A stretch of DNA of 64,000 nucleotides from Eledone cirrhosa (Eukaryota). Made by a program: the position numbers and the translations under genes. Location: positions 250,976,001 through 251,040,000 of the forward strand of contig OZ024743.1 of assembly GCA_964016885.1 (NCBI GenBank). The letters run 5' to 3'. Below the pieces are notes generated by a model. That model had not been told where the DNA came from and searched no databases. It was given only the letters and a program-made list of their open reading frames with translations. Shown here one piece after another: positions 53,931 through 64,000 of the stretch (position 1 is its first letter; every line of letters starts with the position of its first letter).

Positions 53931-54887
53931 CGTCAATCTATTACCATATGGACGAATAAAAGTATGTAATGTTCAAAACGACGGGAAAACAGCACAATTT
54001 TCCCTCAACATCCATTAAGTTGCCGCAAGCAAAAGAAATTCAGTCACAGTACAAGAAATAGCAGCGAAAATCCAAAAGGTGGAATCTGTGGAACAAGATA
54101 GCCATTATCAAACAAGATGGCGTCGCCTTTCTTTTCCAAAACAAGAATATGGTCGCGTGACGAGGCTAAGCCAATCAGATGGCTGCATTGGAAGAAGAAA
54201 GACAATGTGCGGGTATGTTAGCTGGCCAGTCAGCCATTTTGAAAAAAAAAATTTCTTTTTTTTCTTTCCTTTTTGTATAAGACGAACAATTTTCAATTTA
54301 AAACGAATGGCGAAATTAAGTAAGCCCCATTTTCATACTTAATCGTCGAGGGTCACCACTTTAGGCGAAGTGGTCAGACATCCCGTCTAATTGGATATTG
54401 GTATACTGGCACATAGTCAAACAAGGAAGAAGGAACATACCTCAATATTATGTTATGTGAACATTTTTTAATAGGAGCAATTACAGAATATATTCAAATA
54501 CATTAGTGCTCCTAGGTTGGGATATATTTTAATCGTCATATAAAACCGCATGGTGAGATGTCGTCCTTTGGATCACTGCGTGGAAAACACGTCTATTGCC
54601 TCCGAGGTATCACCGTTCAAGAGTTATTGTTTCAGCTACTGACGTCAGAACTAAGGGCAGTTAATCGACTGCCTTCAAAGTCGACGCTAGATTGCGTGAT
54701 CTTCTACATGTTTATGTACGAGTTGCGAGTGTGCGTGCCTGTGTTTGTATTTAAACCTTACTATATTTTTTTGTTACTTTATCGGCTGTCTGGTCAGTTG
54801 GATACAAATATTAAGTCAATAACCCGAAATGTGCTTATGTTTGTATCTATGTATACTCACGCATGTATATATGTGTGTATGTATGTG

Positions 54888-54958
<71 letters not shown>

Positions 54959-55133
54959 TAAAATAACAGATTAAAGTTTAAACAAAGAATCGCTGCTACG
55001 ATTCTTATATATTTGATATATATTTATCCTTATCGAGCCCTCTTTGGATTTTAGTCTTCAAATTTATTATTATTACTATATATATGTATATATATATTTT
55101 AAAAAAAAATAGAGGTGTGACACACGAGTTGTG

Positions 55134-55473
55134 ATATATTAGTAAAAAGGAAAAGAAAATGCTGACAAATTTTTTCCAGTGAAAAATAGTTTAATTAGGA
55201 ATAAGTATAAATTAGTAATAAGTATTGATTAATATTCAGTTTTAGTTTTAAGTTTTCACCGGTTGCACATTTCTAATGCTTTTCAAAAACATCACGAGCG
55301 TTCTATCTCAAAATTATTCTTGAAAAGCATTAGAAATGCGCAACCGGTGAACACTTAAAACTAAAACTGAATACTAACCAATACTTATTACTAATTTATA
55401 CTTATTCCTAATTAAACTATTTTTCACTAGGAAAAATTTGTCAGCATTTTATTTTCCTTTTTACTAATATATA
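55134..55473. repeat. Fold-back palindrome, ~150-bp arms and ~35-bp spacer
   Basis: atatattagtaaaaaggaaaagaaaatgctgacaaa...ctaatgcttttcaa is mirrored by ttgaaaagcattag...tttgtcagcattttattttcctttttactaatatat with a few mismatches. Confidence 0.95.
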
Positions 55474-56314
55474 AACCACCCCCTACACTTCCACCACCCC
55501 TACCCCTGCCTTGATCGACTCCTATGGCAGCACAGACTTATGCATATGTCCATACATAGATCCTGTTATTTAAGATTGTACATGCACTGATACTTACACA
55601 TGTGTGTGTGTGTGTGTGTATGTGTGTGTGTGTGCGTGCGTGTGCGAGTATATATATACATATATATATATGGGTGTGTGTGTGTGTTTGTATAATCTGT
55701 GTGTGTGGGTGTGTGTGAATATGGGATGCACCTGGGCCCGTGTTGGTGCGTGTGGGCTTGCAACGATGTGGGTTGACATACACGCATATGTACTCTATTT
55801 CCGGATTTTGACACTCAGGTTATGGTGTTTTACACCACTCTTGTCTCATTTGCTCTTAAAACGCACCACCCCATGATAGTGTAAAGATCGTAATCCTTTG
55901 CATTTCCCGATTCTGACACATAGAATATACTTCAGTCAATATTTTCCAAATCTTTCAAACTTTAACATTGGCTATAACACACACGCACTTTATTCTTCTT
56001 TGATATTTGATATTGGTTATAACAAACACGCATTTTATTTTATTTTATTCATTTATTATTTTTTTTTTTTTACTTCTTCATTTTATTGTATCGTATCTTA
56101 TTATTTTATTATATATTTTATCTTATTTTTTTATATTTTATTTCTTCATTTTACCTTATCTGATTCCATTATCTGTTTGGCACCCCCCACCACGTGAAAG
56201 GGTGGTAGAATTGATGCCACCCCACACACACTCATTCTTCTAAAGACAGCAGCAGTAGAACTAAGGCTGACCTGCCAGCTGATCCGCTAACACCAATATT
56301 CTTCTACATACCAC

Positions 56315-56480
56315 CTTCGAAGACTGCTACAGATACCTAGGGATAGATGAGAGTATATCCTATGAAGGTATTTGTAACAAGGAATGCCCTAAACAAGGAA
56401 TATCACACCCGATTAAGAAAAACATGGTCTTCTGTATCTCTGTGCACAGTGGCTCATAATGTGTTTGTTGTGCATGTGTT
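56315..56480 (+). mobile_element. Short R4/Dong-like RT fragment
   Basis: FEDCYRYLGIDESISYEG then NKEYHTRLRKTWSS, matching the YKYLGI.E / EY..R..K pattern. Confidence 0.45.
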
Positions 56481-57204
56481 GAAAAATAAACTTCATTTGG
56501 TCATTTCATGAGAGTATCATGGTCAGGAAATCAACATTTCAGCTGAACCTTGTAAAGTAAAAACTTTAATTTAATTGTTTCTACTATTGGCACAAGGCCA
56601 GCAATTATCCCAGTGCATTACTGGTACCTTATTTTATCGATCCCGTATTATTTTAATGTACAGTTGACCACCACTTGTCTAGTTCTAAATCTAATTCTGT
56701 GCAGTAAGATTACATTTTGTGTGAAATACTATGTGTTTACGTAGTAAATGATAGTTAAAAGACTACCTATTACAAATGCTTCTCAAACTCAGAGAATATT
56801 AAACATAAGGTCATAGCACTTGTCTCAAAGATTTGAGCAATTCTAAATTTTTTTTTTAAATCTAAAATGCACACTTAAAATTTTCTACAGAAATAATATG
56901 CTGCTACAAAAGGAACTTCAAACATCACTGGTGACAACTCACTATATTATACTAAAAGAAGAGAAATAAATAAAGAAATATATAGAAATATATTTTTGTA
57001 AATAAGACAATAGAACCGTGTGGAAATGGAAGCACCAATTGAAACATAAGTTTTAAATCTCCGAAGCCGTTTATGAAAGTATTGAAGAAGAAAAGAAAAC
57101 ACACTTCGATCTTCCGAATCATCATTTTTCTTACCTGTTGTACAAACCTGGCTGGACACAGAACACTGCACAAACATTCTAAAAGTTCTATAGAGTTATG
57201 AAAT

Positions 57205-57385
57205 AATTGTTTCTACTTTTGGCACAAGGCCAGCAATTATCCAGTACATTACAGGTACTTTATTTTATCGACCCCGTAAGGATGAAAGGCAAAGTTGACC
57301 TCGGCGGGATTTGAACTCAGAATGGAAAGATCCGTAACTCTATGCGTCAAAGCATAACGTCCAAACCTCTACCGATACTGCCAAA
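57205..57385 (-). mobile_element. SINE of the array family; truncated copy also at 56573-56648
   Basis: ggcacaaggccagcaattatccagtacattacaggtactttattttatcgaccccgtaaggatgaaaggcaaagttgacctcggcgggatttgaactcag. Confidence 0.9.
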
Positions 57386-57769
57386 GCCATAGATGACGAA
57401 CATCATTAAGTAATGTCAGTTTCATGAGGAGATAAAACGCCTCCATCCTTTTGAAGGAAAAAAAAAAAAATGGGTATAATTCCTGGAAAACTGTAAGTCC
57501 GGTATTGAGAAAAAAAAAAATCACAAGGGATTGACACTCAAATTTCACTATCCTCCTTTTACTTTGCTCCACTTTTCAAATTAAATGACACGACGGTTCA
57601 GTTATATTCAAATATTGTAAGCGCGTCCATTGAGAATATCGTTACGGTGTTTGCGAAAATGTAAAACAAATCTTTATATCCCAGACAGAAATGTTGACTT
57701 TTATTCCTAGATACTTTTTTTTATATAATTGTCTGCTGGTGGATTTTGTATTTCGCTCTATATCTTCAC

Positions 57770-60700
57770 CATTAACAAGAGGAAGGCAGCGACAACAACA
57801 GTGTCATTAACAACAACAACTCTACCATTAACAATAGGAAGCCAACCCCAGCATCAGTGACTCACCACCAGCCACTAGGTCCTATGACAAACTGCTCAGT
57901 TGCTAGCATGTGTGCGTGCTGAACTCTGGGTCTTTCCGATGGGAACAACCCCTTGTTTCCACCACCCCCACACTTTTTTGTGTACATCCATCCATTCACT
58001 CATTCATTTACTGCCATTCTACCTTCCTGTGTCTCCCCCTCCATGCAGCCCCTTTTCGCTCTCGTTTTCTGGCACCTCTAGGTGAGCTATGCTGCCCTCT
58101 TACCAGCACTTTCCCTTCCACCCACACTCGCCACCCACCCATCCCTGGTGCCGCTCGGTGCCCCAGTCCCCGGTCCCACGCCCCACCCCCACCCTTCCAA
58201 ATCGACACTTGCAGCACTTGCGGCACCACTAACAAACGGAAGAGGGGCCGGAACTGTTTGGGGTGCGGCTGCTTCCACCACCTCACCTGTCTTGGCTTGA
58301 CTCGTCGAGTTTCCAATGCCCTCGCAGCGTAGAAGTGCAGGAGCTGCCTCTTCCCCACGTCTTCCCACCACGGCCGTCTGGCACACCACCAGATGGGACA
58401 GCGAGCTTGCCTGACGCCCGAGCCTCGCTAGTCAACATTGCTCGGCTCAGGCGGCTCCGGAAGATCCCACTCAGGATCCCGAGAGCGGCACGGGTGCCGG
58501 TAGCCGATGCCCTCGCTTCCTCAATTGAGAGCGCCCTGGACTCCAATCGAGCCAGTGACTGGGAGCGGCTGTTCTATTTCGCCCCACTCGCCCTCGGCCT
58601 CCCCAGCTCTGGCGCTGACCGGGGCGGCCGGTCAACAGCAGCCGTCGTCAAGGCCAATGTCTCGTCATTTGGGCGAGCGCCCATTCCAAGCGTGCCCAGG
58701 GACACCACAGACCCCACCCTGAGGTACCCCCTATCCTCCACCCCCGAGGCCAGTGCCAAGCGTTAACGTGACCAGGTAAACGCAAATCTTATCATGGGTG
58801 ATGTCTCGGCCGCAGTCAGAGTTGTTGCCTCAGAGGACACTGTCCTCCAACCCACCGAGGAGGTCGTGGCTGCTCTGCGGCTCAAACACCCTGAGCCACC
58901 CACTGATCTCAGACCCCATACCCCCACCCAATCCCCACCTGCTCCTTGTGGCTACTGATGCAGATATCATGTCCGCCCTCAGGTCCTTCCCAGCTAGCAG
59001 CAGCGGAGGTGTTGATGGTCTCCGACCAGGCCACCTCAGGGAGTTGACATCCCCCTATCCGCTGAGGCCGGCGCCGCCTTCTGAGTGCAATTGTGGTGCT
59101 CACCAATAGCCTCATTCATGGTGCCCTCGACCCTTACGCCCGAGGCCTCTTTTTTTCGGCCAGCCTCAACGCTCTCAGGAAGAAAGAGGGTGGCATACTC
59201 CCCATTGCTATGGGCAATGTCTTCTGGCGGCTGGCTGCCAAGGTGATCTGCAAGTCCGTCACACACGAACTGGGTGAGGAGTTTAGTACGGTGCAACTGG
59301 GTGTCGGCGTGTCCGGTGGCTATTTGGGAGCCGCTCATGCAATCAAGCAGTTCTTCAGCAGCTGCCCATCGGTACCGGCATCCAGAGACTCCAGACACCT
59401 CATTATCAAGCTTGACAGGAGGAATGCCTTTAACTCTTTACGCCGGGATCATCTGCTCGAGGCCTGCCTCAGCCGAGCCCCCCTCTGCCTACCCGTTGGC
59501 CTACCTGTCATATGGAGCCCTGAGCATGCTCCTAGCTGCTGATACGTTCATACCCTCGGCTACTGGTGTCCAACAGGGCGACCTTTTGGGACCCCTCCTG
59601 TTCGCCCTTGGTATTGACCACATGGCTCGGAGTATCACGGCCCCTCTCACCGTTTGGTATCTGGATGATGCTACGTTGGGCAGGCCCGTACGGACGGTCT
59701 GCCAAGACCTTCAATCGGTGATTCCTGCCCTGGCGGGAATCGGCCTCCAGGTCAACTTGGCCAAGTCGGAGGTGGTGAACGTCAGCCTCGATGCTGCGAG
59801 CTTTGCAGCCTCCGTCTTGGACGTGCGGTCCATTCTCCGCCAGGTTCAGGTGACCCCCAAAGAGGATGTCCTCATCCTCGGGTCACCGATCCACCCGCCG
59901 GCCATCCGCTCCACCATCAGGTCCAGGCTTCAACAGTTCCAGACTTTCACGAGCCGACTGGGCTTGATTGAGGGCCACCCAGCTCTCTTTCTGCTGAGGA
60001 ACTGCTTCGCCATGCCGAAGCTCCTCTATACATTCCGCAGCGCTCCATGTTACACCCAGACATCTCTCCTCGCTGACCTCAATACTTGTAGCCGAGCAGC
60101 AGCCGAGGGGATATGCAACGTCAAGTTTGACGACACAGAGTGGCAACAGGCCATTTTACCGGTCAGGTATGGCGGCCTTGGCTTCCGGTCCCCGTTTTGA
60201 CTAGCTTTGCCGGCGTATCTTTTGTCGGTAACCTCGTGCCGCGTCCTCGTCAGCAGGGTTCTTCAAAACACAACAGAACCCTTTGTGTTCAGAGAACGTG
60301 AGGCCGCCTATGAGACGTGGGACCGGCTGGGACTTAGCCCAGTAGACCTCCCTCCTCCTCCTCTCCCTCTTGACGTCAAGTCCCCCCCAACGCACTTGGG
60401 ATGCCACCAGTGCAGCCTGGCCTCAGACAAGCTCACGCGCCAGCTTGACCAGCACCACCTTGCTTGTTTTCGTGCGGCCTCCAAACCCCACAGTGGTGCC
60501 TGGCTCCATTCCCTGCCCTCCTTCTCCACTGGAACGCAGCTAGACAACCATAGCCTGCGAATCGGCGTTTCTCTGAGGCTCGGCCTCCGGACCTGCCAGC
60601 CACACCAATGTCGCTGCGGTTCCACCGTGGACTCTTTCGGCCTCCTCCCGCTTTCCTGTCGCCACAGTGCCGACCGCATTCCACGCCATGCTGCCCTCAA

Positions 60701-61190
60701 CGAGGTCATTAAGCATGGCTTGGATGCTGCAGGCTTCCTTTCCCAACTCGACCCGGTGGGGCTGGATCGAGGGGACGGCAAAAGGCCAGATGGCATGACC
60801 ATCTTCCCGTTCCGCGGTGGCAAACTCCTCGTCTGGGATGCCACTTGCACCGACACTTTCTGCAACCGCAACCTGGTGCAGACTGCGACTGACCCAGGTT
60901 ATGATGCACGTCGGGCTGAGGGGGCCAAACTACTCAAATACCGGTCGCTCTCCGACAGGTTTGCAGTCGTTCCCCTGGCAGTGGAGACTTCTGGTGTCCT
61001 CGGCCCCAGGGCTACCTCCTTACTCACCGCCATAGGCGCTGAGCTGGCCAGCCGCAGGTGTGAGCCCCGCGAGTTGGAGTGGCATTTCCAGCGCGTCTCC
61101 CTTGCCGTCCTCCGGGAAAACGCCTTCTCCATTCTGTCCGCCGGGGCTGTGGGTGGGCCCCATCACGTACCAATACATTAGTTAAATACC
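57770..61190 (+). mobile_element. CRE-clade non-LTR retrotransposon (single RT-RLE ORF), near full length, frameshifted
   Basis: SSGGVDGLRPGHL, LRKKEGGILPIAMG, QLGVGVSGG, KLDRRNAFNSL, GVQQGDLLGPLLF, WYLDDATLG, YGGLG, CRCG zinc knuckle, RHAALN, KRPDG, WDATC, EGAKLLKY and PLAVETSG. GC-rich block with sharp borders. Confidence 0.92.
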
Positions 61191-61702
61191 ATTCTTTCAT
61201 CTGATACAACACAATAAAGACTAAAGTGTTTATAAACACAAGGGAGGAGGTCAGATGTACTTAACAAAAAATACCACAACAGATTGTCTTGCCTCAGAAA
61301 AAAAATTCTATAGACTTTTGACTGAGGAATGTTCTTACAACTGACCAATGGGAGGAGAGAGTGTCCTATGATGCCGAAATTTGTTTGTCCGAATTCATAT
61401 GATTCCAGTTCCTCAGAGAAATAACAACCCAACCAGGAGCTGGATATATCGGAGTTTTGACGGAGTAAAACACTGTACCCGTCTCTACCACACCAATTCG
61501 AACTGCCTGAAGAGGTCACAGCCAATGATGGCTGTCACCGAAATATATATAGCAGTACATCTTTAATAAACGAAGCCAAATCTTGAATATTTGACTTAAT
61601 TACTTTATTTTACATTACTCCGGAGTAACCAAACCAACCTGCGTACTTCATCGAGTGCTCCAATCTGCATACTGAGGTGTCGGTAAACAACCAACATATA
61701 CT

Positions 61703-61705
<3 letters not shown>
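61190..61705 (+). mobile_element. PLE 3' end, probable continuation of 57400-57770
   Basis: PFFHL.. and, with frameshifts, REEV.MYL.KKYHNRL C-terminal remnant; hammerhead at 61502-61556; aataaa at 61565; ends at (TA)n. Confidence 0.55.
61502..61556 (+). ncRNA. Type I hammerhead ribozyme with intact core
   Basis: actgc-CTGAAGA-ggt-c-acagcc[aatgat]ggctgt-c-acc-GAAA-tatata-TA-gcagt: perfect stem I, 9-bp stem II, palindromic stem III. Confidence 0.88.
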
Positions 61706-61794
<89 letters not shown>

Positions 61795-61799
<5 letters not shown>

Positions 61800-62376
61800 A
61801 AGTGTACGATAAACACGAAATGTGTTTACATTGCAACAGACAAAGTTAGCTATTAATGAAATAAACTAATAAAAGTGAATACAATTTGTCTGTCTCGATA
61901 TAAGTCAATAAAGACAATATTATATTGGCAACAGCCATGATTCCTGGACATATTTAAATTTCAAAATTCAAACCTGTTCTGTAGACGAATTTGAACCTCG
62001 AAACCCAAATAAGTTTCGCAACGGTGGAATGTGAATTGAAAAATAAAGAGAATCGAAATGGGATAGAAATAAAAGAGTGAAATACCCATTTCACTCTTTT
62101 ATTTCTATCCCATTTCGATTCTCTTTATTTTTCAATTCACATTCCACCGTTGCGAAACTTATTTGGGTTTCGAGGTTCAAATTCGTCTACAGAACAGGTT
62201 TGAATTTTGAAATTTAAATATGTCCAGGAATCATGGCTGTTGCCAATATAATATTGTCTTTATTGACTTATATCGAGACAGACAAATTGTATTCACTTTT
62301 ATTAGTTTATTTCATTAATAGCTAACTTTGTCTGTTGCAATGTAAACACATTTCGTGTTTATCGTACACTTTAAAT
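61795..62376. repeat. Perfect palindrome, 289-bp arms and 4-nt loop
   Basis: 61795-62083 is the exact reverse complement of 62088-62376 by eye; loop accc at 62084-62087. Confidence 0.97.
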
Positions 62377-62451
62377 GTATTAACTGCTCGGAAGAGACCC
62401 TTCCTGGAGCTTAATTATTGTAAATGACTGAGAGTTTATTCTCAAAATATA

Positions 62452-62482
<31 letters not shown>

Positions 62483-62642
62483 GTATCTATCTATATATAT
62501 GTATATGTGTATGTGTGTATGTATGTGTATATGGACGTGTGTATGTATATATATATGTGTGTATGTATGTGTGTGGGTATATGTATATATGCGTGTGGGT
62601 AGGTATATATATATGTATGTATATATATGTATATACATATAT

Positions 62643-62765
62643 ATATATTAGTAAAAAGGGAAAGAAAATGCTGACAAATTGTTCCCAGTGAAATGGGAAA
62701 AATTTGTCAGCATTTTCTTTTCCTTTTTACTAATATATCACAACTCGTGTGTCACACCTCTATTT
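62643..62765. repeat. Short fold-back of the same family as 55107-55473
   Basis: atatattagtaaaaagggaaagaaaatgctgacaaattgttccca-gtgaaa-tgggaaaatttgtcagcattttcttttcctttttactaatatat, then cacaactcgtgtgtcacacctctattt, which is the reverse complement of 55107-55133. Confidence 0.92.
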
Positions 62766-62926
62766 TATATATATATATATTTTTTTTTTTTTCTTACCCT
62801 ATAACCTTACGTTCTGCTTCAGTGTGTATATTTTATTTCTCATCTTTATTTTATTATATATCAGCCTCGCTTTCAATTATAATAGCCTTTGTTTTTAAAT
62901 TCATATCTTATGTCCATATCAAATTG

Positions 62927-62995
62927 TCATTCTGATGATCGATTTCAGACGTCTCTGTTCAGCTCGTCTGTCCTGGTGAAACCTTTGGTAAATGG
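62927..62995 (+). ncRNA. Hammerhead motif with extended stem II
   Basis: tcatt-CTGATGA-tcgattt-cagacg...cgtctg-tcctggt-GAAA-cc[ttt]gg-TA-aatgg. Confidence 0.65.
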
Positions 62996-63089
62996 AATAA
63001 TTGTCTTGTGTTGTTTATTACATAATTAGATAGCTCTGTAGCATACATAGAGCACTCTCGTTTCCTTTACCCCTCCTAATGAAATACTT

Positions 63090-63661
<572 letters not shown>

Positions 63662-64000
63662 CAACTAGAAATTGATTAACATATAAATAAACAAATGAAA
63701 CAATCACAGAGGATAATGTTTACAAGTGTGTAAGCACACATAGCTAGGTAGGTAACTAAATAAAGTTAACTAGAACTTCAAAAATAAATACCTTATAATA
63801 TGATTAATCTTCCCTGTATATATTCCATTAAAGAAATATATTTCACCAATTAATCGAATGGTAAACCACGGAGGCCGATACTTGGATTTTCAACAAGGAA
63901 GAAGTTCAGCTATCTGTGTTTACTTAATTTTGGATATATATATATGTACCGTCTCCTCCGTTATATATATATTGTATGCCCTTTGTGTGTGTGTAGCCTC

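Larger units (their letters stand above)
49423..54708 (-). mobile_element. Full-length Ty3/Gypsy LTR retrotransposon (Mag-like), inactivated
   Basis: LTRs 54360-54708 (5', 349 bp) and 49423-49784 (3', 362 bp) differ by 8 substitutions and a 13-bp indel. PBS tggtgaccctcgacg (tRNA-Trp-like) at 54344-54358; PPT ggtgggaggaaa at 49785-49796; 4-bp TSD tgct/tgtt; domain order PR-RT-RH-IN. Confidence 0.96.

Noticed and set aside
58008-61239. Antisense ORFs over the CRE element, and plus-strand ORFs over the Gypsy element
   Set aside because: They are shadow frames of transposon coding sequence with no independent motifs.

Overview
Eukaryotic, AT-rich, repeat-saturated animal DNA. The SINE families, abundant (TA)n/(CA)n tracts and transposon mix suggest a cephalopod such as Octopus; this is inference. 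No intact host protein-coding gene is recognisable, and most ORFs in the track are microsatellite artefacts. Bases 1-12.2 kb are a 37-bp G/T-rich satellite with ~2.4-2.6 kb higher-order structure. The rest holds: a DD37D Tc1/mariner with TIRs; a head-to-tail array of tRNA-derived SINEs; piggyBac-type MITEs; several Penelope-like element (PLE) copies and remnants; a 28S rRNA fragment; a Chapaev3-like transposase; mariner, RTE, CR1/L2 and R4-like LINE fragments; a full-length Gypsy element with LTRs, PBS, PPT and TSD; and a CRE-type RT-RLE retrotransposon with an N-terminal PHD-like finger, apparently nested in a PLE. The most striking unannotated structures are about twelve hammerhead-ribozyme motifs and several long fold-back palindromes next to (TA)n tracts, one with perfect 289-bp arms. 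Both appear to derive from PLE 3' ends. All coordinates were read by eye and may be off by a few bases.
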